Shown: piece by piece, positions 7,309 to 16,685 of the stretch
Layout: each line of letters starts with the position of its first letter
Position numbering within the stretch: the stretch's first letter is position 1
Source of the DNA: Nitrospiraceae bacterium
GTDB taxonomy: Bacteria; Nitrospirota; UBA9217
Reading direction: 5' to 3'
Length of the DNA stretch: 28,834 bases
Assembly (NCBI GenBank): GCA_003454665.1
Contig: DMKB01000245.1
Coordinates: 2,779 to 31,612 of the forward strand
The notes under the pieces: generated by a model
The model's database searches: none
The model's input: the letters and a program-made list of their open reading frames with translations, nothing else
Told to the model about the DNA's origin: nothing
Translations under genes and position numbers: made by a program

Positions 7309-10260
7309 TCACGATGAATTCGACAATGCCTGTCGAATTGAATCGCTCAATTCCTTGATCTTAAAGGGCTTGGTTACTACACTCGCGAATCCGTATGTAC
7401 GGTATTCAGCCATGACGGGGTCGTGAGAATAGCCGCTCGACACGATTATCCTGGCATTCGGGCTCGCTTCTATCAGTTTTTGCGCGGCCTCCTTGCCCCC
7501 CATGCCGCCGGGTATGGTTAAATCCATAACGACGGCGTCAAAGGGGGCCCCCTGTTCCTGGGCCGCGCCGTACAGTTCCAGGGCTTTCTCGCCGTTGTCG
7601 GCGAATGCTACGGAAAAGCCCAGGTAGGAGAGCATTTCTCCCGCCACGGTCCTGACCGCGTCCTCATCATCCATAACCAGGACCCTTCCTGTTCCCCTGA
7701 ACAGGGTCTCATCATCGCTCCCGGCAGGTGTCGTCCTTTGCATTGATGCGGGCAGGTAGAGATGGAAGGTCGTGCCGGCGCCCATCTCAGACTCTGCTGC
7801 AATGTGGCCTTCGTGTTTTTTTATGATGGAATATGATGTGGCGAGACCGAGTCCGCTTCCCTTCTGTTTTGTCGTAAAGTAGGGGTCGAATATCTTCGGC
7901 AGGTGCTCCCGCGGCATGCCGATCCCCTTATCACGGATCGATATCCGCACATATTCTCCTTCTTTCAACGGGAGGGCGTCCTGTTGACGAACAACGACAT
8001 TCTCGCAGAATACCTTGACCGTCCCTCCGGACGGCATTGCCTGGCTTGCGTTGATGATCAGATTGCTGATCACCTGGGTTATCTGTCCTTCGTCGATTTC
8101 AGCGGACAACAGGTCCTTGGGAATGAAAAATTTGCACCGTACGTTTGAGCCTCGCAGGGCGAACTTGGCTGAATTTTTCACCAATGCTCCCAGGGAAACG
8201 ATTTTTTTTACGGGCTCTCCGCCCCGGGAGAAGGTGAGCAGCTGCTGCGTCAGGTCCTTGGCCCGGGAAAACGCTTGCCCGGCATCGGTCAGTTTTTCGT
8301 ATACTTTGTCTGCCGGGTCGGCATACATCTTCGCCAGTTCGATGTTTCCCAGAATACCGGTCAGGAGATTGTTGAAATCATGGGCAAGGCCGCCGGCGAG
8401 AAGCCCGACGGATTCCAGTTTCTGCGCCTTGAGCAGTTCGTCCTCCATCTTTTTTCGGAGAATGTGGCGCCACATGCCGTTCATCAGCAGGGTGAGCTGC
8501 TGGATGTCCGATTCATCGTATTCCGCCTCCTTGTTTCCCACGACAGCCACACCCACGACGCGGTCCCCCTCCATGAAGGGCAGGCTCAGCACACGCGCCA
8601 GCGGGACGTGGCCGCCGGGCAGACCTTTTTTTTCAGGATGAGGGGTCGAATAATCATTTATGATGATAGGTCTTTTTTCTCTGACGGCGTCCGCCCAGAG
8701 ACCGGCCTCATCCATCGAAAAATGGAGTGGCTGGTCGACGACGGCGCAGTCCTTCATCGCCGGCGAGTACACGGCATGTGTGGCAAGCGCCGTCCCTTCA
8801 TTGTTCATCAGCCCCGTAAAGCCCATGGTGCTGCCCGTGAGTTTTACGCCCTGTTCGAGCATGAATGATGCAATGTCCTGAATCGAGGCGTCTGTCATGC
8901 TGTTCAGTTGCAGCAAGGCTTTGAGTCGTGCCTCGCTGAGTTTCAGCGCGTCCTCGTGCTGTTTTCGTTCGGTGATATCGAGGGCCGTAAAAATCACCCC
9001 GGAAGACAGGTCCGCGGGATTGATCGGCGTTGACTGGAGGAAGATGTCCAGTATATCGCCATCTTTCCGTTGCCAGCGCGTTTCGACTGATCCCGTTCCT
9101 TTCTTATGAATTTCATCGTATTTGTTTTTGCCGACGCGGTTAAATTCTTCGTCACTGGGATAAATTACCCGCGAGCTTTTGCCGATCAGATCTTGACCGG
9201 TATACCCGAGGAGCGTCTGCATATGGTCGTTTACCCAGCTGAACACCCTGTTATGAACGAGGCCGATGCAGATCGGCGCCGCCTTCAGGAGGCCCTTCAG
9301 GGTCGCCTCACTCTCACGAAGAGCTTCCTGGGACCGTTTGCTCTCGGAGATGTCGTAAATTGTGCCCTGGACAGAGACAGGTTTTCCAAAAGCATCACAG
9401 ACGTTGCGAATTAATTCACGGACCCAACATATCTGCCCATCTTTACGCATGATACGGTATTCCCGATCAGCTGAGAAATCTGGAACGGAACGTATATTCT
9501 CAATGCTTTCATGATTCACGCCCATGTCATCCTGGTGTATTATTTGAATCCAACTTGGATTTCCTGAAAGGAAATCCTGCTCGGTATACCCGGTGATTTT
9601 TTCAACAGCTCCATGAAAGAAATCAGGGGTAAAATCCAAGTTGCCGCTAAAAGCTATTCCTTGAAAATTCTCTATGAATAGGCGGTACTGCTTCTCGCTC
9701 TTCTGCTGCGAGTCTTCGGACTGCCTTCGTTCAAGTTCCGCAGAAGCACGGGAAGCGAATATCCGCAGCGTTGATTCGGCGGTGGCCGTATGTCCGAGCG
9801 GCTTGTCGTCCATGACGACCATAAGCCCGATGGCCCGCTGCGCGGAATCGAACAGGGGTGTGCCGATATAACTCTCGATACCCATCTCGACGAGCAGCTG
9901 ATCATGGGGAAATTGCCGTTGAACATCCTGAGGATAGCAGCGAAGGGTCTGTCCGATCACGTTCTCACAGGGTGAATCTTTCAGGGCGTATTCAAAGTTG
10001 TCGGCTCTCTGGCCGCCGTCGAAGACGGCGACGGTCCTGACATGGTCAGGGGTTTTTTTTGACAGCTCCCCGACAAAGGCGAACCGCGTCCCCAGGCTAT
10101 GGGCGAGATGCTCGACGAGAGAATAAAAAAACGCGTCACCCGTCGCTGCCGAAACTCCTTCCGAGATCGTACGGAGCGTTTTTTCAAGCTTTGTGCTCTC
10201 TGATTCCGATCCGTTGTATTGTTTGGTCAGCTGGTTTTCCGTGCTCTTCGTGTTTTTCAT
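7309..10260 (-). CDS. Cytoplasmic hybrid sensor histidine kinase (GAF-PAS-PAS-GAF-HisKA-HATPase-REC)
   Basis: ORF 7309..10290; ATG at 10260 preferred over the GTG at 10290. N-terminal GAF (FEYALKDSPCENV), two PAS domains, a second GAF, LAHDFNNLL, KIFDPYFTTKQKGSGLGL, VLVMDDE, MDLTIPGGMGGKEA. No TM segment seen. Confidence 0.95.
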   Translation of the reverse strand: MKNTKSTENQLTKQYNGSESESTKLEKTLRTISEGVSAATGDAFFYSLVEHLAHSLGTRFAFVGELSKKTPDHVRTVAVFDGGQRADNFEYALKDSPCENVIGQTLRCYPQDVQRQFPHDQLLVEMGIESYIGTPLFDSAQRAIGLMVVMDDKPLGHTATAESTLRIFASRASAELERRQSEDSQQKSEKQYRLFIENFQGIAFSGNLDFTPDFFHGAVEKITGYTEQDFLSGNPSWIQIIHQDDMGVNHESIENIRSVPDFSADREYRIMRKDGQICWVRELIRNVCDAFGKPVSVQGTIYDISESKRSQEALRESEATLKGLLKAAPICIGLVHNRVFSWVNDHMQTLLGYTGQDLIGKSSRVIYPSDEEFNRVGKNKYDEIHKKGTGSVETRWQRKDGDILDIFLQSTPINPADLSSGVIFTALDITERKQHEDALKLSEARLKALLQLNSMTDASIQDIASFMLEQGVKLTGSTMGFTGLMNNEGTALATHAVYSPAMKDCAVVDQPLHFSMDEAGLWADAVREKRPIIINDYSTPHPEKKGLPGGHVPLARVLSLPFMEGDRVVGVAVVGNKEAEYDESDIQQLTLLMNGMWRHILRKKMEDELLKAQKLESVGLLAGGLAHDFNNLLTGILGNIELAKMYADPADKVYEKLTDAGQAFSRAKDLTQQLLTFSRGGEPVKKIVSLGALVKNSAKFALRGSNVRCKFFIPKDLLSAEIDEGQITQVISNLIINASQAMPSGGTVKVFCENVVVRQQDALPLKEGEYVRISIRDKGIGMPREHLPKIFDPYFTTKQKGSGLGLATSYSIIKKHEGHIAAESEMGAGTTFHLYLPASMQRTTPAGSDDETLFRGTGRVLVMDDEDAVRTVAGEMLSYLGFSVAFADNGEKALELYGAAQEQGAPFDAVVMDLTIPGGMGGKEAAQKLIEASPNARIIVSSGYSHDPVMAEYRTYGFASVVTKPFKIKELSDSIRQALSNSS

Positions 10261-10303
10261 ATCAGATGATTTCCTCACCTCCGCAACCAAGCTTTATGCG
10301 TTT

Positions 10304-10951
10304 TCACCGGAGGGTGCTCCTGCCTGCCAGGAGCTTCACGTTGATAGCCTGTTCAAGCTCCTTCTTGAACGATTCCGTATCGCGAAAATGGAGGACCTGC
10401 AGCCCTTCATTCGATGCACGCTGCACGTTATCGGAGTTGTCGTCTATGAACAGCCCCTCATCGGAGCTGATCCCGATGGCGGCGCATACATCGCTGAAAA
10501 CCGAAAGCTCACGTTTGCTTTTCCTGATCCGATAGGAGTTGAAGATGTACTGAAAATGCTGAAAAAACGGCGTCTTTGCGTTGATCTCATCGAGCCAGTT
10601 CGTCTGGTCACTCAATATCGCAAGGAGCAGACCGCGGGCCTTCAGCCGCTCCACAATGGTGAGCATCTCCGGCCGCAGGACGAACCTCCCAAGTATTTCT
10701 TCCCGTAATTCCTCATCACTGCCGGAGACTCCGGTTTTCCCGCGCAGCGCCGTCCAGTACTGCGATTCATTCACCAGACCCGTTACGTAACCGCTCTCGT
10801 GGATGAGTTCGTCGGCGATACTCCGAAACCGCTCCGGATCGAGGCCGTTCTTCTTCCCGATGGCCAGCAGCCCCTCCCGGAACCCCTCTTCAGCAAGGAC
10901 TCCACCGAAATCGAATATGGCCGCCTTGACGGTTTTGCGCGCTCTCTGCAT
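10304..10951 (-). CDS. HAD-superfamily hydrolase (HAD-IA phosphatase-like)
   Basis: Motif I AIFDFGGVL (DxG variant), motif II ILSD, motif III K in IRKSK and motif IV LFIDDNSDNV. ATG at 10951 chosen; the ORF track starts at 10999. Confidence 0.88.
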   Translation of the reverse strand: MQRARKTVKAAIFDFGGVLAEEGFREGLLAIGKKNGLDPERFRSIADELIHESGYVTGLVNESQYWTALRGKTGVSGSDEELREEILGRFVLRPEMLTIVERLKARGLLLAILSDQTNWLDEINAKTPFFQHFQYIFNSYRIRKSKRELSVFSDVCAAIGISSDEGLFIDDNSDNVQRASNEGLQVLHFRDTESFKKELEQAINVKLLAGRSTLR

Positions 10952-11170
10952 GAGAATGGTCCGCCTGCATCTCCCGTTAACCGCGGTGCTGTTGACCACC
11001 TGATAATCACTCTAAAAAAATAATAGCACAATGCTGGGAGAAAACAGGCAACCCTCGAAATTTTAATCGTTTTTTCCTGTTCTTTGTGATAGAATCGTAC
11101 AACAAAAGTCGTAAGGAAAGGCTTTGCTCTGCTCTTGATACACTTCCAAAAACATAACAGGGGGACAACC

Positions 11171-12190
11171 ATGATCGAGAACGACGGGGAAAAGCAGCTC
11201 AGGATGCTGTCGGCAGCAATGACGATTCACCATAGTATCGGCGCTAACCTGGAACTGGACGAGATCAGCGGCATTTTGGTGCAGGAACTTACAGCGATTG
11301 TGCCCTGTGAAGGGTGTGCGATTCTCCTGTTCGACGACAAAAAAGTCAGGATACTGTCGGAGCGCGGCTTCCGCGTGAAGCTTGACGGGAAGGTGCTTAC
11401 CACGGATTTGCCTGCTCTTCAACAGATCGTTTCGACAAAACAGAGCGTCACCACCGGCGACATCGCGAAGAGCCCGCTCTCGTCATGCGTTCCCGAAGAC
11501 TGCGTGATGAAATCCATGATCTGCACGCCGATCACGGTAAACGGCGTGGTGAAGGGAGCGATCCATATCGATTCGCTGAATGAAGATGCCTTCACCACCG
11601 ATGACCTGCATTTTGTCGAACTGCTCACCAAAGAGATTTCCCTCGCCGTAGCGCGTTCGTTACAATATTCTTCTGTAAAGGCCATGGCAATGCGGGACCC
11701 CCTCACCGGATGCTATAATAGAAGAAAGTTTGACGAGGACGTGTCCCTGCTCTTGTCGCGCTGCAGCCGATACGAGAGGCCGCTGTCGCTGCTGATGATC
11801 GATATTGACTGGTTTAAAGCCTATAATGATCATCATGGACATCCCCGGGGCGACGAGCTGATCAGGGAGATAGCAACGCTCTTTTCCCGGGCAATTCGGT
11901 GCTGCGATCAGCTCTACCGGTACGGCGGAGAGGAATTCGTAATCGTCCTCCCGGAAACGGACAGTGAAGGGGCCCTTGTTTTGGCGAGGAGGATCTGTGT
12001 CTTCATTGAGCAGCAGACCTTCGCGGGTGCGAGCGAAAGCCAGCCGGGAAAACGATTGACCGTCAGCATAGGGGTTGCCAACGTTCCCGGAGACGGGAAA
12101 TCACGGGAGGAACTGCTCCAGGCCGCAGATTCCGCACTCTATAAGGCGAAACAGTCCGGACGGAACAGGGTCTGCAGTGTTGGTGACTGA
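11171..12190 (+). CDS. GAF-GGDEF diguanylate cyclase with intact active site
   Basis: N-terminal GAF; DPLTGCYNRR, IDIDWFKAYNDHHGHPRGD, RxxD I-site (RCCD) five residues before GGEEF, and ADSALYKAKQSGRNRV. ATG at 11171 follows GGGG. Confidence 0.95.
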   Translation: MIENDGEKQLRMLSAAMTIHHSIGANLELDEISGILVQELTAIVPCEGCAILLFDDKKVRILSERGFRVKLDGKVLTTDLPALQQIVSTKQSVTTGDIAKSPLSSCVPEDCVMKSMICTPITVNGVVKGAIHIDSLNEDAFTTDDLHFVELLTKEISLAVARSLQYSSVKAMAMRDPLTGCYNRRKFDEDVSLLLSRCSRYERPLSLLMIDIDWFKAYNDHHGHPRGDELIREIATLFSRAIRCCDQLYRYGGEEFVIVLPETDSEGALVLARRICVFIEQQTFAGASESQPGKRLTVSIGVANVPGDGKSREELLQAADSALYKAKQSGRNRVCSVGD

Positions 12191-12220
12191 TGAGTTCGTT
12201 GTCGAGCGGAGGGAGACCGG

Positions 12221-13231
12221 ATGACAAATAAACATTCAGGAGCACCGGTAACGATACCGTCTGCTATCCTCGCCTTGCACCACAGAATAGGAGCGGTCCT
12301 TGAACTCGAGGAAATCGGCCGTATCCTGGTCGACGAGCCGGTATATCTGGAGCGCTATGACGGATACGCGATCCTTCTCGGTGAAGGGAACGAAATGGGT
12401 ATCCTGGCCCAGCGGGACGCCCACCTGATGATTGGTGAAGCCGGGAGCCTGTCCGATGTGCCCGCCGTACAGAGTTGCAGAGAAACGAAGACGACTGTTC
12501 ATGCAGCTGATCATCTGCATCGTGCGACGCCTGAGAATCCTGACGGCAGTTCCCTGCAGTCCATGATCTGCTCTCCTGTCCTGGTCCATGATACGGTAAG
12601 GGGAGTAATCTGCCTGGTTTCATCGGACGGGGATGCTTTGCACAAGGGGGATCTGCAGTTCGCCGAACTGCTCACCCAGGAGTTGTCCATGGCTGTTCTG
12701 CGGGCGGACCAGTATGCGTGGGTCAAGGCGCTGACGTCGAGAGACGCTGGCACGGGATGTTACAATCGCGGTCAATTCAAGGAAGACATCAATGCCTCGC
12801 TGTCCAGCTCCCTGCGCTATGGAAGGCCGCTCTCGCTCCTGATGGTCACGGCCGACGATTCGGGCCGAAGGGCTGACACTCCAGTCCATGGCGATTACGG
12901 CGTGCTCATCAAGAACGTTGCCGATGCGCTCTGCAATTCCATCCGGCTCTGCGACAGACTGTACCGCTATAGTGAACACCAACTTGTTCTCCTGCTTCCG
13001 GAGACCGACCGGGAGCAGGCACACCGTGCGGCAACGAGAGTCAAGCAGCTCGTCGACGGGCGATTGGCGGACGCCGCCGAGGGTGCCGGAGGGAAGCCCC
13101 CTTCGATACACATCGGCGTCGCGAACCTTCCCGTCGATGGGGGCTCCGAGGAAACCCTCGTCCACGCGGCGGAGGCCGCCCTGAGGAAGGCGCCACAGTC
13201 CGGCGGGATCGGCACCGTTGATAGTGCATAG
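12221..13231 (+). CDS. GAF plus degenerate GGDEF-domain protein, probably catalytically inactive
   Basis: Paralog of the upstream gene (TGCYNR, RYGRPLSLLM, LPETD, IGVANLP). GGEEF is replaced by SEHQL and the DxDxFK..ND motif is lost, but RxxD (RLCD) is retained. Confidence 0.88.
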   Translation: MTNKHSGAPVTIPSAILALHHRIGAVLELEEIGRILVDEPVYLERYDGYAILLGEGNEMGILAQRDAHLMIGEAGSLSDVPAVQSCRETKTTVHAADHLHRATPENPDGSSLQSMICSPVLVHDTVRGVICLVSSDGDALHKGDLQFAELLTQELSMAVLRADQYAWVKALTSRDAGTGCYNRGQFKEDINASLSSSLRYGRPLSLLMVTADDSGRRADTPVHGDYGVLIKNVADALCNSIRLCDRLYRYSEHQLVLLLPETDREQAHRAATRVKQLVDGRLADAAEGAGGKPPSIHIGVANLPVDGGSEETLVHAAEAALRKAPQSGGIGTVDSA

Positions 13232-13563
13232 CTCGGGCTTTCAGGAATACCCCGCGCCACCGGCATCGTTTCCCGCCACCCACGCGTTGTCTGTGCCTGC
13301 TTCTGCATGGCCATGCGTGGAGAGAATTACCTTGACAAATAGTTATGCGATGAGGTTAAATAGTAGACACGGAGAACGAATGAACCGTGTGAAAAACGGA
13401 ATGACCCGTCACCGCTCGCCGGCTTCTCTGTGCCGGTAGAGTCTCATGCTCTTCGACCGGGGCGACCGGCCGAAAATAGTTAATCGCCTGGGAAGCTTTA
13501 TCCCCACGGAAATATATAGTGAGATGCGTAATTTTTTGCACGCTACGATCAAGGAGGAAATTC

Positions 13564-13962
13564 ATGAAAAAATTATGTGTGCTGGCCCTGGTTGCTGTGC
13601 TCGCCTCAGCGATCGTTTTCGGATGCGCGAAAGGATATGAATCGCAGCAGAAAGCCGGCGATCTTACCATAACGCTTTCCATCAGGAACTACCCGCTTGT
13701 GCAGGCCGACAATACACTGGATTTTACGATTGCCGATTCCGACGGCAAGGCGGTTACGGATGCAAAAGTGGATGTTCGGTACTATATGCCGCCCTTGCCC
13801 GGGATGGCCCCTATGGATTATGTGAGCGAGGCTTCGGTCAAGGGCGACAGATACTCTATAACGGCACATATTCCTATGGCAGGGAAGTGGATGGTTGAGG
13901 TGGCGGTAAAAAGAACAGGAACGGCCGCGGTCATGACCGCGTTTACGCTTGATGCGCAATAA
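13564..13962 (+). CDS. FixH/YtkA-like exported protein, possible lipoprotein, with a Met-rich motif
   Basis: AAGGAGG RBS; signal peptide ending IVFGC; GKAVTDAKV..YYMPPLPGMAPMDY..GDRY..MAGKWMVEV resembles the FixH/YtkA family. Confidence 0.75.
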   Translation: MKKLCVLALVAVLASAIVFGCAKGYESQQKAGDLTITLSIRNYPLVQADNTLDFTIADSDGKAVTDAKVDVRYYMPPLPGMAPMDYVSEASVKGDRYSITAHIPMAGKWMVEVAVKRTGTAAVMTAFTLDAQ

Positions 13963-13975
13963 GTAAATTCAAAAT

Positions 13976-15079
13976 ATGAACAGGTTGTTCAACAGGCAGG
14001 TCAAGGGGCTGAGAGTATACATTCTGGCGGGCCTGCTTGCGCTTATCACCGTGGTCCATTACCTTCTGGGTGGCGCGCGTGCAGGCCTGCTGCACAGCAT
14101 TTTTGGCCATCTCTATATTGTGCCGATTATCCTGGGTGCCTACTGGTACGGGATCAAGGGCGGTATTTCCGCCTCCATTGCCTCGACGCTCTTTTTTTCT
14201 CCCCATCTGTTTCTCCACTGGCAGGACCCCTTTCTGGACATTTACAATTACGTCGAGATATTCCTGTTTCTTCTCATCGGTGTTGTTACGGGCATCCTGA
14301 GCCAGATGGAACGCAACCAGCGTTCGCGGTACGAGCATGCGCTTCTGAAACTGGATGAATCTCACCGAAAACTGAAGGAACAGACTGCTGTTCTGCTACA
14401 GACCGAGGAGCAGCTCAGGAGGGCCGACCGCCTGTCCGCGCTCGGCGAACTGTCGGCCAGCATGGCCCACGAAATACGGAATCCCCTGGGATCCATCAAG
14501 GGTGTCGCGGAGATTCTGAAAGACGATTCCGGGCCGGAAGACTCCCGGTATGAGTTTGTCCGCATACTCCTGAAGGAAACAGACCGGCTGAACCGCATCG
14601 TTCAGGAATTTCTCGGATTCGCCCGGCCAAAAAAACCCGAGCTCCAGCAGGCAGACATCAATGAGGCCATCGATTCCGTATTGACCCTTACGGCGCAGGA
14701 AGCCAGGAAGGCCGGCGTGACCGTGGACAAACAGTTGAGCCCATCGATGGGAAAACACGACATCGACGCAGGACAGCTGAAGCAGGCATTTCTCAATCTG
14801 GTGCTCAATGCCCTTCAGGCGATGCCGGGCGGCGGCGTGCTGACGGTGAAAAGCGGGCTTCGGCAGAATGCGATCGAGGTGACTGTGGCTGATACGGGTA
14901 CGGGAATACCGGAGGAGAACAGAAAAAAACTCTTCACCCCCTTCTTCACGACGAGGGGAGACGGTACCGGCCTGGGTCTGGCGATAACCTCCCGGATCGT
15001 AAAAAACCACCGGGGCCAGATCGATATGGAGAGTGAGCCGGGAAAAGGGACGACCTTTACGGTGAGAATCCCGGTTTGA
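13976..15079 (+). CDS. Membrane sensor histidine kinase with a four-TM (DUF4118-like) input domain
   Basis: About four hydrophobic segments in the first ~110 aa, H-box AHEIRNPL, NLVLNALQAM, DTGTGI, FTPFFTT and GTGLGL. Confidence 0.93.
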   Translation: MNRLFNRQVKGLRVYILAGLLALITVVHYLLGGARAGLLHSIFGHLYIVPIILGAYWYGIKGGISASIASTLFFSPHLFLHWQDPFLDIYNYVEIFLFLLIGVVTGILSQMERNQRSRYEHALLKLDESHRKLKEQTAVLLQTEEQLRRADRLSALGELSASMAHEIRNPLGSIKGVAEILKDDSGPEDSRYEFVRILLKETDRLNRIVQEFLGFARPKKPELQQADINEAIDSVLTLTAQEARKAGVTVDKQLSPSMGKHDIDAGQLKQAFLNLVLNALQAMPGGGVLTVKSGLRQNAIEVTVADTGTGIPEENRKKLFTPFFTTRGDGTGLGLAITSRIVKNHRGQIDMESEPGKGTTFTVRIPV

Positions 15080-15095
15080 CAAGGACCTGGTGATT

Positions 15096-15286
15096 CACGA
15101 AGGACACGAAGATACAAGGAGCTGGAAATTCCAAATTACAACTAACAAATTGCAAATAAATTTCAACACACCAAATTTCAAAAGGGCTGTTATTTGTTTT
15201 TGAGATTTGGGATTTATTTGACATTTGGTGCTTGGAATTTGGAGTTTATCGTATGTTGTTTCCCCTCCTGCTTCGGCGTCTTCGTG
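15096..15286. repeat. Nested imperfect palindrome: outer 9-mer-unit arms and inner ~50-bp 7-mer-unit arms
   Basis: Inner arms 15126-15175 and 15198-15247 match 37/50 by hand alignment, with 4 of the mismatches being G-U compatible, and show a CAAATnn period. Outer arms cacgaaggacacgaag (15096-15111) and cttcggcgtcttcgtg (15271-15286) match 12/16. Confidence 0.85.
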
Positions 15287-15303
15287 GCAGAGATAATGTT
15301 CGC

Positions 15304-16656
15304 ATGAAAAAACCGCTCATCCTTCTCATAGACGATGACGACAGTCTTCGACGGGTCATTGAGTTCAGCCTGACGGAGGCACGCTACCAGATCCGTACCG
15401 CGGCGAGCGGTGAGGACGGTCTGCGGCTCTTCGAGGAAGAACCCTTCGACGCGGTCATTACCGACATCACGATGCCCGGGATGAGCGGCATGGAAGTCCT
15501 TGCCAGGATACGCCGGGTGAACGCCGGGATTCCGGTCCTGATCATTACGGCGTACGGTACGATAGAGAGCGCCGTCGATGCCATGAAACAGGGCGCCTTC
15601 GATTACATTACCAAGCCCTTTAACCGTGACGAACTCAGACTGACCCTCGACCGGGCTCTCACGATGAGCCGCCTGGCCAGGGAAAACGTCGAACTGCGGG
15701 CGGAAATACAGGGGAAATACCGTTTTGACAGCATCGTCGGCAGCAGTGAAACAATGAACGAAGTCCTTGATATGACGGGGCGGGTGGCTGCAAGCGATGC
15801 GAGCGTGCTGATCACGGGCGAGAGCGGCACGGGCAAGGAACTGCTTGCCAAAGGGATACACTACAACAGTCAGCGGTCCGACGGACCCTTTGTGGCGGTG
15901 AACTGCGCGGCCCTTCCGGAGAACCTTATCGAAAGCGAACTCTTCGGGCATGTCAAGGGGGCCTTCACGGGTGCAACCAGGGATAAGGAGGGCAAGTTTG
16001 AGCTCGCCAGCGGCGGCACCCTGTTTCTGGACGAAATAGGCGATCTCCGGGTCGAACTGCAGGCAAAGATCCTCCGGGCGCTGCAGGAGCGTTCCGTGGA
16101 CCGCGTAGGCGGCAGTCAACCGATCACGGTGGATGTGCGGGTGCTGGCCGCCACGAACAAGGATATTGATCAAGCGGTCAAGGTCGGCAGCTTCCGTGAG
16201 GACCTGTACTACCGGCTGAGCGTCATTGTGCTCCACATGCCCCCCCTCCGCGATCGGCGGGAAGATATTCCGCTCCTGGTGGACCATTTCCTCAAAAAGT
16301 TCAATCCTTCGTCGGACGTTACGGTTGAGCCGGAAGCGCTTGCCGCCCTCAGGGCCTATGGGTGGCCCGGTAACGTGCGCGAGTTGGAGAACGTGATAGA
16401 ACGGGCATCCGTACTCCGGCGGGGAGCGGGCATATCGCTTGCTGAGCTTCCCGAAAAGCTCACCGGGGAACAGACGAGCATCGAGAAAATCATCCTGAAC
16501 CTTCCGGAGACCGGGATTTCACTCGAGGAACTCGAAAAGAATCTCATCATCAAGGCCCTCGAAAAGCACAAGGGCAACCAGACGCGTGCCGCTGAATACC
16601 TGGGGATTACCCGGCCGACGCTCATATACCGGATGGAGAAGTACGGTATGAAGTGA
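15304..16656 (+). CDS. Sigma54-dependent response regulator (NtrC/ZraR type: REC-AAA+-HTH)
   Basis: LLIDDDD, ITDITMPG, Walker A GESGTGKE, GAFTGA loop, Walker B LFLDEIG, WPGNVRELEN and a Fis-type HTH GNQTRAAEYLGITRPTL. ATG at 15304; the longer ORF-track start translates through the repeat. Confidence 0.96.
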   Translation: MKKPLILLIDDDDSLRRVIEFSLTEARYQIRTAASGEDGLRLFEEEPFDAVITDITMPGMSGMEVLARIRRVNAGIPVLIITAYGTIESAVDAMKQGAFDYITKPFNRDELRLTLDRALTMSRLARENVELRAEIQGKYRFDSIVGSSETMNEVLDMTGRVAASDASVLITGESGTGKELLAKGIHYNSQRSDGPFVAVNCAALPENLIESELFGHVKGAFTGATRDKEGKFELASGGTLFLDEIGDLRVELQAKILRALQERSVDRVGGSQPITVDVRVLAATNKDIDQAVKVGSFREDLYYRLSVIVLHMPPLRDRREDIPLLVDHFLKKFNPSSDVTVEPEALAALRAYGWPGNVRELENVIERASVLRRGAGISLAELPEKLTGEQTSIEKIILNLPETGISLEELEKNLIIKALEKHKGNQTRAAEYLGITRPTLIYRMEKYGMK

Positions 16657-16685
16657 TTTACAAACATTCCGGTATATGGGATAAT
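16657..16685 (+). promoter_or_regulatory. Sigma70-type promoter for copZ
   Basis: TTTACA (16657-62), 17-bp spacer, GATAAT (16680-85). Confidence 0.5.

Noticed and set aside
6935-7426. ORFs 6935..7426 (+) and 7024..7266 (-)
   Set aside because: They overlap known genes or translate through the palindromic element; no RBS or protein-like signature.
13232-13563. c-di-GMP or other riboswitch, a 19-aa leader peptide (13380-13439), or a sigma54 promoter upstream of the FixH-like gene
   Set aside because: No GEMM-type GGCAAA/GAAA/GCAAAGCC signature, only short hairpins; the best -24/-12 candidate TGCGTAATTTTTTGCA lacks the invariant GG; the peptide has no regulatory codon run.
15096-15286. CRISPR array interpretation of the periodic repeats (also 28714-28834)
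   Set aside because: Units are 7-9 nt, degenerate and contiguous, with no 25-40-nt repeats separated by unique spacers and no cas genes.
15214-16287. 357-aa minus-strand ORF
   Set aside because: Antisense shadow of the sigma54 regulator.
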